Shown here: positions 21,608-31,828 of the stretch, in pieces
Layout: each line of letters starts with the position of its first letter
How positions within the stretch are numbered: position 1 is the first letter of the stretch
NCBI GenBank assembly: GCA_018649885.1
Contig: JABIHA010000020.1
Span: 62,001 to 126,000, forward strand
Length of the DNA stretch: 64,000 nucleotides
From: Bacteriovoracaceae bacterium
GTDB lineage: Bacteria > Bdellovibrionota > Bacteriovoracia > Bacteriovoracales > Bacteriovoracaceae
Reading direction: 5' to 3'
Translations under genes and position numbers: made by a program
The notes under the pieces: generated by a model
Databases searched by the model: none
What the model saw: only the letters and a program-made list of their open reading frames with translations
What the model was told of the DNA's origin: nothing

Positions 21608-23860
21608 CTAAGGAGTAGTGGAACGCGAATAATTTAGAGGAATAAACACCTTGTTGATCTCAGTTTTATAGCTCCCAGCAACTGGCCTAAAAGGTGCACC
21701 ACCATCAGGAGGAGTATTAGCATACTCTGGGGCCCCCAAATATTTGTAAGAATTTTCAAGTTCTTCACCAATTTTGTTTTCTATATGCAAATGAAAAGCA
21801 TTCCTTAACTGCGTCGCTCCCGGTTTGAATTCATTTGATGCTACAGAGTAGTACTCACTAACAAGGTTTAAAGAAAGAGCATCCCAATTATCATTGGTAT
21901 CACCAATCATTGGAAGAGTTGTATTGGTGTTGTATACATTGGCAATTGCCTTAAAAAGTGTCGTTTCACTGCCACCTTCAATCCGGTAGGCCGTAATTTC
22001 GATTTGACCAATATTAAAGTGCCATTCAAAACCTAAAAATGGTGGTATTGTTAGCTCCACTTTAAATTTTAATGATTCATAGTCATCTAATTCCAACTCA
22101 TCAGCAATTGACTCTACAATTGCATCTCTTGAGCCCAGAAAATCAAAAGAAAAACCAGACTTACTACGACTCCACAAAATCATATTAATTGGACTTGTCG
22201 TTAGCATTACTGAGGCGTCAAATGATGGTCCAAAAACAACATCATCATCATTTCGACTTACAATTGAACAATTGGAAGGATATTTTATTTCCTCTATACT
22301 TCCCACTGAACCTAGATCATCTCCCCAGCTAACCCAGTGGTCAAAAGTAGTAGTACTTCTGGTAGTGGCCTTAAAAGGATAAATTGAATAAAGACCAATC
22401 TGACCATCGTGGCAATCTGTCGAATCCCCACGGACAAAATCATGATTTACAAGCGCTCTAATTCTGGAACCGCGCTCAGTAGTATTTTTCCCCATCTCAA
22501 CAGAATACAATGCGCTTTCAAGAGATCTGGCAAAATGATGCCTAGGCTGACCATTGTTTAAGATAGATTCGTAATAATTTAAAACCATATCTGCGGCGTT
22601 TTGATTTAAAGTTCTGGCAGTGGAATTTAATTCATCCATATCACAAAGCCCTGAGCGACTATCAATAGATCTCGAATCAGAGGACCCTGAAAAACTATTT
22701 CCATTAACTTTCAAATCTTCACTAGAATCAATAAACCTTAATCTTTTATTTGAGAAGCTAATATCCGACTCTCCTGCAATAGTACACTCTGTACGAGATC
22801 CAGAAGTAATATTCTCAAAAATCACAGGATTCAATCTGTGCTTTATTTTGTACTCCATTTTCACTGAAATTTGATGGGAAACGTCATCAAATTCGTAACT
22901 CACCTTAATTGGATCAACCGATGGGTCAATATCAACATCAACATCCGAAGGGGCAATTCGACCCAATCCCGATAATTTTGCAGAAAAAGAAGTCACACAA
23001 AACTGAAATTTTCTATCACCACTGCTGGCATATGGAGCTGCCACTGCTAATGCTTTAAGTCTACGTAATTCACTTCGAAACTGATCTTGAAAACTCTCTT
23101 CTAAATCTGTCCAATTAATACAATCGGTATAAGAGCCAGACACCATTGGTTCACTGGCCTCAACTAAGTTAAAAACGGTATTAGGATCAGACAACGTTGA
23201 ATGAGGAATATTTTTTTCAACTTCATCACTCAGTTCTGTAATAAAGTCAGGTGTTAGTTGTAAAGCAATGGAGTTATCAATAATGGTATCATCTTTCCAT
23301 ATCATGGGCATTGAGCTATTACCCCACCTTGTATCTATAAATGTGGTCATATCTCTGGCAACATAGAGGTCAAGGTCTCTTAAATCTTGAGTATTACTTA
23401 TAATTTCGGCCAAAACAGGCCTTACCTTTTTGTCCCAGCCATATGCTAAATCATTTCGAAATGGAAAGCGAGGGTATATGCTCGCATCTGGTGCCGATGA
23501 TCCAGAGGAGTCTGTTAGTGGATAGTTATCAATCTCAGGGACGGTAAACTCCCAAGCGTTGGGACGACTTCCATAGGCCTGAAATGAACCTCGATATCTT
23601 TTTCCATTTACATAATACTTGTAGTTTGATGGATCACTTACTCCAGTAATCAGACACCTCACAGGGTAGCTTGCCACTGCCCCCTTTACACTTCCAGTAG
23701 TAGGCTCAAGGATTCTTATTTTAGGTTCAGTTGTCCCTCCAAAATCAAACTCAGGTGATACACCACCTAAGCTGGCCCCTGGACCTGAAGAGGTATCAAT
23801 TTGAGAAAATATCGGCGCTATAAAAAGAAATGCAAATACAATGAAAACTAATCGAATCAC
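21608..23860 (-). CDS. Large secreted hypothetical protein
   Basis: 750-aa ORF, GTG start after GGAG, signal peptide. Confidence 0.7.
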   Translation of the reverse strand: MIRLVFIVFAFLFIAPIFSQIDTSSGPGASLGGVSPEFDFGGTTEPKIRILEPTTGSVKGAVASYPVRCLITGVSDPSNYKYYVNGKRYRGSFQAYGSRPNAWEFTVPEIDNYPLTDSSGSSAPDASIYPRFPFRNDLAYGWDKKVRPVLAEIISNTQDLRDLDLYVARDMTTFIDTRWGNSSMPMIWKDDTIIDNSIALQLTPDFITELSDEVEKNIPHSTLSDPNTVFNLVEASEPMVSGSYTDCINWTDLEESFQDQFRSELRRLKALAVAAPYASSGDRKFQFCVTSFSAKLSGLGRIAPSDVDVDIDPSVDPIKVSYEFDDVSHQISVKMEYKIKHRLNPVIFENITSGSRTECTIAGESDISFSNKRLRFIDSSEDLKVNGNSFSGSSDSRSIDSRSGLCDMDELNSTARTLNQNAADMVLNYYESILNNGQPRHHFARSLESALYSVEMGKNTTERGSRIRALVNHDFVRGDSTDCHDGQIGLYSIYPFKATTRSTTTFDHWVSWGDDLGSVGSIEEIKYPSNCSIVSRNDDDVVFGPSFDASVMLTTSPINMILWSRSKSGFSFDFLGSRDAIVESIADELELDDYESLKFKVELTIPPFLGFEWHFNIGQIEITAYRIEGGSETTLFKAIANVYNTNTTLPMIGDTNDNWDALSLNLVSEYYSVASNEFKPGATQLRNAFHLHIENKIGEELENSYKYLGAPEYANTPPDGGAPFRPVAGSYKTEINKVFIPLNYSRSTTP

Positions 23861-23990
23861 TGAGATCTCCGGATGTTATTGAAGGTTATTTTCACCATTA
23901 ATTTTCGGAAATTTGGATCCAAAGTATTAGCTATTTAAATCCAGAAGTGTTTTAGTCGCCTATTTATTGAGGGGGAGAATTAAATTAGAT

Positions 23991-24701
23991 TTATGGCAAT
24001 TTATTGTTTGTATTATCCCTTTGAAAAGCAGCGGCCAGAAGAGCTGCAGGAACTGAAACTATCCCAATACCCAGCACGAGAATAAAAAAAGTAAATACTT
24101 TTCCTCCAGGAGTTACCGGGTATACATCTCCATAACCAACAGTAGTTAAAGTTGACAGTGACCACCAAAAACTATGAATAATTGACTTAAATTGTTCTGG
24201 CTGTGCCTTGTGTTCGAAAAAATAAATTCCTGCAGACGAAATATATAAAATAATTAGCGAGAGAATTGAAAATACAGTTAATTCCTCTTTCACACTTTTA
24301 AAAGCATTGTGTAGGCGCTCCATCGCTTTGGCATACCTGGCCAACTTGAATATTCGTATCGCTCTTAGAAATCTAAATGCTCTTATAAACCTAAGATCAA
24401 ATAGGCCGGCTGATAATATAGTGGGAAGTATGGCAAAGAAATCCACCAACCCATAAAAACTAAAAATAAATTTAGATTTTGATTCCGCCACACTCACTCT
24501 AAGGAGATACTCAATAACAAATGCGCAAGTCAAAATGATTTCGATTATATGAAATATATTCTTGTAATTGGAAAACTCTGGGACAGTCTCAACGGTAAGC
24601 TGGATAATAGATGCTAAAATAAGAATTTGGATGAACCAATTAAAAGCCCTCCCCTGAGGAGTATTAGTCTCATTGACGATTTCATTCAATCTCTTCTTCA
24701 T
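23991..24701 (-). CDS. Potassium channel / ion transporter (6TM, voltage-gated type)
   Basis: TTVGYGD selectivity filter; S4-like RFIRAFRFLRAIRIFK. Confidence 0.93.
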   Translation of the reverse strand: MKKRLNEIVNETNTPQGRAFNWFIQILILASIIQLTVETVPEFSNYKNIFHIIEIILTCAFVIEYLLRVSVAESKSKFIFSFYGLVDFFAILPTILSAGLFDLRFIRAFRFLRAIRIFKLARYAKAMERLHNAFKSVKEELTVFSILSLIILYISSAGIYFFEHKAQPEQFKSIIHSFWWSLSTLTTVGYGDVYPVTPGGKVFTFFILVLGIGIVSVPAALLAAAFQRDNTNNKLP

Positions 24702-24744
24702 TGAAGTATTCTATCACTGCTTATGAGAACAAAACAACCAAATG

Positions 24745-24772
24745 TTGGGTGCTATCTAGAAGAAGCACCCAA
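24745..24772 (-). terminator. Terminator hairpin
   Basis: TTGGGTGCT..AGCACCCAA after the peroxiredoxin stop, T-rich on minus strand. Confidence 0.55.
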
Positions 24773-24781
24773 TCATTTTAC

Positions 24782-25498
24782 TTAAAGAGCAGAGGCCAGA
24801 TCATCAGCACCACCTATGAGCTTTCCATCGAGGAAAACAAGTGGGTATGTACCTGAACCACCCATACTTTTAAGAGTCTGAGTGCGAACGCCTTCAATAT
24901 CAGTGAATTTAATATTTTTTTCGTTCAGTAAATCCTTGGCTCTTTTACAATGAGGACATCCTGGCTTGGAAAATACAGTTGCCCCTTCTGTTGTCACAGC
25001 TTTAGGATTAATATGAGTTAGCATTGTATCGGCATCACTTACTTCAAAGGGATCACCTGGCTTATCAGGCTCAATAAACATTTTTTCAATAACTCCGTCA
25101 TTAACAAGCATTGAATATCTCCATGACCTCTTTCCAAATCCGATGGCCGCTTTATCAACCAGCATTCCCATGCCTTGTGAAAACTCTCCATTTCCATCGG
25201 GAATTAAATTAATATTTTCAGCTTCCTGGTCTACTCCCCAAGCTTCCATAACAAATCCATCATTGACAGAGAGACAAACAATCTCATCAATTCCATTTTC
25301 TTTAAAAATGGGGGCAAGGTCATTGTAACGTGGCAGATGAGTTGACGAACATGTTGGTGTAAAAGCACCAGGTAACGAAAAAACCACTACTTTTTTTCCA
25401 GCAAATATATCTTTTGTTGATATATCTTTCCAGTCACCCTCGCGGCGAGTTTTAAAGACTACCTCTGGAATTCTTTGTCCTTCTTTGTTTTCTAACAT
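24782..25498 (-). CDS. Hybrid peroxiredoxin-glutaredoxin (Prx5-Grx, glutathione-dependent peroxidase)
   Basis: LPGAFTPTCS, SVND.FVM, RSWRYSM, C-terminal GCPHC Grx domain; start at MLENKEG after AAGGA. Confidence 0.95.
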   Translation of the reverse strand: MLENKEGQRIPEVVFKTRREGDWKDISTKDIFAGKKVVVFSLPGAFTPTCSSTHLPRYNDLAPIFKENGIDEIVCLSVNDGFVMEAWGVDQEAENINLIPDGNGEFSQGMGMLVDKAAIGFGKRSWRYSMLVNDGVIEKMFIEPDKPGDPFEVSDADTMLTHINPKAVTTEGATVFSKPGCPHCKRAKDLLNEKNIKFTDIEGVRTQTLKSMGGSGTYPLVFLDGKLIGGADDLASAL

Positions 25499-25511
25499 AA
25501 ATATTTCCTTT

Positions 25512-26504
25512 TTAAGAATTGAGAATTTTTTCTCTACGCATTCTTCGTTTTTTTGAGTTGATTGAATCCATTGCATCTACTGCAATATCCCAACCTGTAT
25601 AAATTTGGTTTTTCTTGCCCGCTTGTAAATCGCCTACTGCATAAACATTTTCAACTGAAGACTCACTAAGCTTGTGTGTTTTAACAAAGCCTCTTTCATC
25701 AAGCTCTAGCTCTAAACTCTTTGCCAGCTCGTTATAGACAATCATTCCAAGAGAAACGAAAGCAATATCTGAGGCAACTAATGTTTCATCTTCTAAAACA
25801 AAGCCGTCCAGCCTTAACTCCTTGTGGTTTCCATTGACTTCACTAATGGGAGAATATTCAACTTTTATTTCATATGCAGAGATCAGCTTCTTTATTTCTT
25901 CGGAAAACTCTTGTTTGTCACCATTGGTAATAATAGTCATATCCGCCACGTCATAACGCTCTTTCAGTAAAATCGCGACCCATGCAGCACCGTCCCCTCC
26001 TCCGATAATTGAAGTTTTTTTCCCAAGCACATGATGGCCATCACAGCGGATGCAGTAATCAACCAATTGAACATTGGCAAAAGGCAAAATAGGCTCAATT
26101 GATCCACCAATATTTGGTTGTACATCCATAACCCCAGTGGCGAGTACAACGGCAAAAACAGTTTCCTCGCCGCCCTTTTCATCTTTCACTGTAAATGTGC
26201 CATTTGAGTTTTTTATGATTTCGCTGACAGAGCTTTTCACCTGGGTGAGCAAACTTGCGAAGGGACTACTAGCAATCCATTTAAGGGTCTCCATACTTGG
26301 ATTCACAATCCCTTTTTTATAATCAAGGTGACCGGGCATATTTTCGACTTTTCCCACCCACAGGGCCCTTGATTTTTTCTTAGCTTTTGCAGAACCTGTA
26401 TAGAGAACAACCTGATCGTTATTTAGGACCCCTCGAAGCGCCGCCATTACTCCGGAAGATCCACCACCAACAACTGCTACCTTAAAATTTTCACTTTCTG
26501 ACAT
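25512..26504 (-). CDS. Thioredoxin reductase-like NAD(P)/FAD oxidoreductase
   Basis: VVGGGSSG, LATG, YCIRCDG, IIGGG, VYAVGD. Confidence 0.88.
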   Translation of the reverse strand: MSESENFKVAVVGGGSSGVMAALRGVLNNDQVVLYTGSAKAKKKSRALWVGKVENMPGHLDYKKGIVNPSMETLKWIASSPFASLLTQVKSSVSEIIKNSNGTFTVKDEKGGEETVFAVVLATGVMDVQPNIGGSIEPILPFANVQLVDYCIRCDGHHVLGKKTSIIGGGDGAAWVAILLKERYDVADMTIITNGDKQEFSEEIKKLISAYEIKVEYSPISEVNGNHKELRLDGFVLEDETLVASDIAFVSLGMIVYNELAKSLELELDERGFVKTHKLSESSVENVYAVGDLQAGKKNQIYTGWDIAVDAMDSINSKKRRMRREKILNS

Positions 26505-26636
26505 AATGATTTCCTTGTTACGGAATCCATTATCGCTTAAGTACATAAATTATTGAAATTAATTAAATCAAAGACGTCATAGCAAAAACTAATCAATACT
26601 TGTTATATATTCAAGCACTTAGGCAGTCGCAACGAA

Positions 26637-27029
26637 CTATGGCGCCATGAGCCAAGTTGTCTTACAAATAACTGGTTCATTTTCAATTAAGGGTACCAAT
26701 GCCGTGGGATCAACAACCTGAATATTAGCGCTATAAACTGAAGATCCCTTTAGCTGATTTCCATCTCCTGCAAGACTCACATTATTAGTAAAGCTTAGCT
26801 CAAGATCAAAACTCCCAACTGAGGCCATCCTTGAAATACGCGTCTCCTTTGCCTTCAATTCACCATTTATAGATAGAAATACCCCTCCAATCACCATTCC
26901 CTTGGGTGGCTCTGCTCCAAAGTCACCAAATACTGATGAATAGTGAACAGAAGGTCCGGCACAAATAGTTGAACCGGCAAATGAGTTAAAAGATATTAAA
27001 CTTAGAGCGAGTATCGCAATATATTTCAT
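26637..27029 (-). CDS. Secreted hypothetical protein
   Basis: MKYIAIL..SFA signal peptide after GGAG. Confidence 0.7.
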   Translation of the reverse strand: MKYIAILALSLISFNSFAGSTICAGPSVHYSSVFGDFGAEPPKGMVIGGVFLSINGELKAKETRISRMASVGSFDLELSFTNNVSLAGDGNQLKGSSVYSANIQVVDPTALVPLIENEPVICKTTWLMAP

Positions 27030-27295
27030 TTTTTCTCCATGGTGAAAATGACTTTCCTTCCAATCACTATATGAAAATAGATCATCTATCAAATGAAGTA
27101 ATATAATGTTGCTTTTGATAATGAAAACTCAATTACATAGCTATACAAATTTTACAGGCCAGTACCTTATAAAGAACAATTATTTATACCCACTGGAATT
27201 AAACAAATTTAATCTATGACAAATTTCTTAATTTTTTGTGTTCCACAATTTTCATATACTTTATCTATACAACGCACTTAATGAGGAGAAAAACC

Positions 27296-28597
27296 ATGAA
27301 AACAGCAAAATTAGCAATAAGCCTATTTGTTTGGGTCATTTCACTTACGTGCGGAGCAACTAATTATCAATTAACTGACGATCAAAAAGATAGTGCAGAA
27401 CTTAACTGCCAAGGATGGGCCCGCGAAAATATTCCGTATGTGGATGGGGAAGATTTTTGCAGGACTGGTTATGGATTAAGTGCAGGCGAGACCCTCGTTC
27501 CCTCTCCTGCACTTACAAGACCAACTCCCCCCGAAAAACCTAAGTGGCCAACCTATGCAGAGTATACAAATGAAGATGTATTTTTTAAAGATGGTCCCTC
27601 AGTTCCACAGGGAATGAGTAGAGCAACTGCCGCAGCAGGTGCTGTATACAAAAGAAGACAGCAGGCCTTTCAAATAGAAAACCGTGAGTACCAAAGGGAG
27701 CTTCATGCCTTTAACGATAACTTGAAACTTCCTCGTAAAATCTCAGATTTTTTTGCACTGGAAACGATGCCTCCAGCGTTTCAAAACCTTCTGAAATGCT
27801 CTCAGCTCTATAAAGGTGTCAATTCAAATAGTGTAGATCATGAAGCCTCTCTCAGATCACAATGTGATTACAGAAAACTAAATGCCAATAAAACTTATCT
27901 TGATAAACAATTCACTGCAATTTCTGAATGTGGAAAATACATGAAACAGGGAAATTACTGGAACAAAAGCCGAGTAGGAAATCTTACAATGGTTAAAGGA
28001 CAAAGAGGCTCAGTTGAAGGCTGTTTTGATAAACAACTACTTGGTGCCTTAAAACAAAAACCTCAACTTGAAGCTTGCATGACAAAAGCAAGAAAATCTC
28101 CTCTAGATGATCAAAGATCATTTCCTCTAGGTTATTGTAAGTCTATAAAAAATAGAAGCCACCTATTAAGCTTACGCTACACTGTATGTTCTGCCACACT
28201 AGATGAAGCAGGAAAATGGGATATTGAAAACGCTTTTAAATGTAATTTTGGTAATATTCATAGAGAGCTCCCTGAACTTTTGGCCCGTGACCAAAAAAGT
28301 GAATGTCTTGCTGATGGTGTTGGATGTGTTCCCGAATGCTTCAAGGGCCTTAAAGGATTTGGTTTGGCACACGAATTTAGTAAGTACTGTCCTGGACAAG
28401 TCAGATCTATCATCAGCTCTGAGATCAAAACCTGTATGAGATTGACACCAAGTCTCGACGCTTGCCTTGCAGTCAGACAGTACAACCAAAAAGACAATGG
28501 GGTAAGTAATCAAATCGTAGAAGGAGAGCAAGGACAAAAAGAAAGTCTCTACGCCAGGGGAGTAGATTTTTACCACTCAATCATGTCGAATGAATAA
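27296..28597 (+). CDS. Secreted Cys-rich hypothetical protein
   Basis: ATG after GAGGAG, signal peptide, many Cys, Pro-rich linker; hairpin at 28610-28646 downstream. Confidence 0.7.
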   Translation: MKTAKLAISLFVWVISLTCGATNYQLTDDQKDSAELNCQGWARENIPYVDGEDFCRTGYGLSAGETLVPSPALTRPTPPEKPKWPTYAEYTNEDVFFKDGPSVPQGMSRATAAAGAVYKRRQQAFQIENREYQRELHAFNDNLKLPRKISDFFALETMPPAFQNLLKCSQLYKGVNSNSVDHEASLRSQCDYRKLNANKTYLDKQFTAISECGKYMKQGNYWNKSRVGNLTMVKGQRGSVEGCFDKQLLGALKQKPQLEACMTKARKSPLDDQRSFPLGYCKSIKNRSHLLSLRYTVCSATLDEAGKWDIENAFKCNFGNIHRELPELLARDQKSECLADGVGCVPECFKGLKGFGLAHEFSKYCPGQVRSIISSEIKTCMRLTPSLDACLAVRQYNQKDNGVSNQIVEGEQGQKESLYARGVDFYHSIMSNE

Positions 28598-28826
28598 ATT
28601 CTTGAGATTCTTTGGACCATCTAAAATCATCATAAGTGGTCCAAAGCTTAAGCTCACTTTTTGAAAGTAAATTCGTTTGATAGTGATGAATGAAGATGCT
28701 AATATTTTCCTAGGTTAATTTTTCTTTCCTTCAAAAATCACCAATAAAAATCAATTTATATTCGAACCTAAATCATTTCAATATCGCATCCCTTACTTTC
28801 CAATAGTAGTATACAGGAGGTGGGAT

Positions 28827-29432
28827 ATGGATTTGGATAATCAACTAATCGAGCGTGATGGTGAGAATGTAATCAATGTGAGAGGTATGTATTTCGAGCA
28901 GGGAGATGTAATTGGGGAGACTTTTGCTAGGATCTCCATGTACAAAACCTTTAAAGAAAGTGAGCAGCAAAGTGAAATGGAACCTACACAGAATTCCATA
29001 AAAAAGGTATTACTTGCATCAAGTTTAAGAGATGAGCACTCAGGAAATGTACTTGCCTGGTCAAACGAATTTGCTAAATCCATAAGTGCAAACTTAGAAG
29101 TCGTTCATGTAGTTAAACCGGCAGCGATTTGGCAGATACTTTTAAACTTGAGTTCAGTAGAGGACAGTATTCGAGAAAATTTCAAGGAAGCAGAAATTAA
29201 AATGGGACAGATTATGAAATCTCTCCCCTATGCAGATGAGAGAATCAAGACCCATTTCACTTGCACAGATGCAGATGACATTGGTGACAAAATAATAAAA
29301 ATAGGTAAAAATGCTGGAGCTGATCTGATCATTTTTGAAGACCAGTCGAAACTTATGAACTCTCACATTTTAGATAAAGTTAGCTCTGAAAGTGGAATTC
29401 CTTTTGTAATAATAGGGAAAACCCACAATTAG
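28827..29432 (+). CDS. Universal stress protein (USP) with N-terminal extension
   Basis: IKKVLLA, LEVVHVV, GADLII, SGIPFVII. Confidence 0.8.
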   Translation: MDLDNQLIERDGENVINVRGMYFEQGDVIGETFARISMYKTFKESEQQSEMEPTQNSIKKVLLASSLRDEHSGNVLAWSNEFAKSISANLEVVHVVKPAAIWQILLNLSSVEDSIRENFKEAEIKMGQIMKSLPYADERIKTHFTCTDADDIGDKIIKIGKNAGADLIIFEDQSKLMNSHILDKVSSESGIPFVIIGKTHN

Positions 29433-29450
29433 GGGCATCGAATTTTGAAT

Positions 29451-29478
29451 AAGGGTAAGTGCGATTTCACTTACCCTT
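29451..29478. terminator. Bidirectional terminator between USP gene and isonitrile operon
   Basis: AAGGGTAAGTG-CGATTT-CACTTACCCTT 11-bp stem between convergent stops. Confidence 0.7.
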
Positions 29479-29487
29479 TTTAATTGA

Positions 29488-29958
29488 CTACTTTACCATT
29501 CCAACACAGTCAGAAAGGACATACTTATCAAATACAACGGTGCTTAACTTCGGTTTAACGGCTAGGTCGATCACTCCATTACCAGAAGGTATTTTCAATT
29601 TTTCTCCGCCAACTTCAATTTCTTTCAGATCCACATACATGGAACCCTTAATGGATATATCAGGTGTACTTACGCCCGAGAAATCAAACTTTATCTGGGT
29701 AGCATCAGTGGTTTCATTTGTAAGAGAAATGTTGAACACATGAAATTGATTTCCAACAGAGGTGAGAACTCCTGAATATAGCGCTCCACCTGAGTGCCGG
29801 GCCGAAAATGAAATACTGATGGGAGTTCCACCAGAACCATTACTTAGACAGCTTACAGTGGCACTTCTTTGTTTCGTAGTAATCGCTCTAGAAATATCGA
29901 GTTCACTGGCCATGCCGGGCACTGAAATAAAAATAGCTAAAATTAAATTCTTCATCAT
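29488..29958 (-). CDS. Secreted hypothetical protein (last gene of isonitrile operon)
   Basis: Signal peptide; ATGA overlap with upstream GNAT-like gene. Confidence 0.7.
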   Translation of the reverse strand: MMKNLILAIFISVPGMASELDISRAITTKQRSATVSCLSNGSGGTPISISFSARHSGGALYSGVLTSVGNQFHVFNISLTNETTDATQIKFDFSGVSTPDISIKGSMYVDLKEIEVGGEKLKIPSGNGVIDLAVKPKLSTVVFDKYVLSDCVGMVK

Positions 29959-30599
29959 TTCTCCTTGTTTTTTGTATAAACCAAATAACGATGTACCTGG
30001 TCAGCATAATTGATTATTTTTTTTGAATGAGTCCAAAAAAAACATTGTTTTGAACCACCCTCGTGCGCCACATTGTTGACTAGCTCATGCAACTTTCGAC
30101 TATATTTTTGATTTCTATAGTTTTGGTGTACCACTCCACTTAACAAAACGGCCTCCCCTTTTGTGGTTCCGATAGTGACACAACTAATAGGAATATCATT
30201 TTCTAAAATATATCCCACTTTAAACTCAGCACTCAGATCAGGAAGAAAAGTCATCAGCCCTTTAAGAAAATCAACATCTTTTTTAAATCCATCATCCAAT
30301 AGGCTCCAGTACGCAGCTCTTTTGCTGGCCTCACTCAAGCTCTCTACCAAAAACTCGTCCCTTTTCTTTGATGGCCTTGTTGTAAAACTTGCCAAGTAAA
30401 AATTATTTCGTACTGTATATCCAGAGAATTCTTCAACGGGCTCCTCTAGCGCCTGAATCCTGTTAAAGTGATCCCCCCCAGTTTGCTGAAACCTTGGTGA
30501 CAAGATAGGATCTTTCATCTGGGGAACAAAGAAACAATTCTCCTGAACTCTAAAATTCACATAGGCTTGATTCCAATAGGAAATCATGGGGTGGTTCAT
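29955..30599 (-). CDS. GNAT-like acyltransferase (divergent)
   Basis: VLLSGVVHQNYRNQKYSRKL resembles GNAT motif A; ATGA overlap with P450 stop. Confidence 0.6.
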   Translation of the reverse strand: MNHPMISYWNQAYVNFRVQENCFFVPQMKDPILSPRFQQTGGDHFNRIQALEEPVEEFSGYTVRNNFYLASFTTRPSKKRDEFLVESLSEASKRAAYWSLLDDGFKKDVDFLKGLMTFLPDLSAEFKVGYILENDIPISCVTIGTTKGEAVLLSGVVHQNYRNQKYSRKLHELVNNVAHEGGSKQCFFWTHSKKIINYADQVHRYLVYTKNKEK

Positions 30600-31816
30600 T
30601 GCACTTTTTCCAATATCAACTGATCAAATCCAGAAAATGAAAGTGAATAGTGATCTCTACTGGCCATTTTCACCTTTAGGTGCGGATACTTGGTAATTAA
30701 GGTTTTAAAAAGTAAATTCATTTCCATTCTTGCTAGTTTTGCTCCTATGCAAAAATGAGCTCCATAACCATAGGCCATATGTTGAATGCCTTTTCTGTGT
30801 ATATTTATTTGCTCTCCATGGTCAAGACCCGTTCGATTGACACAATGATTTGAAATAAAAACGGTATCTCCTGCTTTAATATGTTGGTCCCCTATTTGTG
30901 TGGCCTGTCTTGCAACTCTAAAAATAAATGTAACAGCAGGATCAAAACGGTTATATTCTTCCAGAGCATTGGAAATTAGTGATGGATTGTTTTTCAATGC
31001 AATTTGGTCTTCCAAACTACTGGCCAGTAAGAACATATTATTACACATTTGATCAGTAGTGGTGACCTGTCCTGCTACCAGCATCATAATAGCTTGTGAA
31101 ATGATTTCGCCATCTGACAAATTAAACCTATCTTGGGCCTTGAGTAGCGAGGAGATGTAGTCTTCACCAGGCATTTGTTTTCTTTTTGCAATAAGCTCAG
31201 AAAAATAAGTTTTTAAGGTAGATGCAGCTTTATTGACTTTAATGCCGTCCTCATTTTCATAGCCAGTCCCCCCTCCGAAAAATGCAGTCATGGCGATGGA
31301 GTTATTATAGAATTCCACGCGGTCTTGTTCAGGAATACAAAATAGGTCTGCCAAAACAGTAGATGGAAGTCGCTTGGCCACATCATCACAAAAATTTACA
31401 TCTTTTTTTGATAGTGCACTTTCTAAAAGGGAATCTACGCTTATGGCAACTTTACTTCGAAACTTATCTAAAACGTGATCTTCAAAACCAAGCTGGGCGG
31501 CCTGTCTTTTCCTGCTATGATCTTCTCCATCACTCATTACCATCATTTTACTAACTACCGAAAAAAAGTCTTCAATCAGTGACAAATCCATATTGGGCAT
31601 TCTTGAGATAAAAAAGCTAGATCTATCCGCACTTAGTAGTGGGTTTTTGAGTGCCTCCATTGCCTCCCCTAAGTCAGTGACCACATGAAAATTACCAGCA
31701 GGCCAAAAATAAGGACGATTTTCAAAATTCACATGCCTAGAAAAATCATTGGGAAAGGTTGCAACATTTGCTTCTCTTTTAAATTGATGGAATGATTGCC
31801 CAGTTCTTTGTCTCAT
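30596..31816 (-). CDS. Cytochrome P450
   Basis: H.RKR, I-helix AGQVTT, EYNR (ExxR), heme motif YGYGAHFCIG. Confidence 0.95.
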   Translation of the reverse strand: MRQRTGQSFHQFKREANVATFPNDFSRHVNFENRPYFWPAGNFHVVTDLGEAMEALKNPLLSADRSSFFISRMPNMDLSLIEDFFSVVSKMMVMSDGEDHSRKRQAAQLGFEDHVLDKFRSKVAISVDSLLESALSKKDVNFCDDVAKRLPSTVLADLFCIPEQDRVEFYNNSIAMTAFFGGGTGYENEDGIKVNKAASTLKTYFSELIAKRKQMPGEDYISSLLKAQDRFNLSDGEIISQAIMMLVAGQVTTTDQMCNNMFLLASSLEDQIALKNNPSLISNALEEYNRFDPAVTFIFRVARQATQIGDQHIKAGDTVFISNHCVNRTGLDHGEQINIHRKGIQHMAYGYGAHFCIGAKLARMEMNLLFKTLITKYPHLKVKMASRDHYSLSFSGFDQLILEKVQ

Positions 31817-31828
31817 TTTAGGTTCCTT

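Noticed and set aside
26557..26593. OxyR site upstream of the reductase-peroxiredoxin operon
   Set aside because: Only one imperfect ATAG-N7-TAAT unit in AT-rich DNA; too weak.
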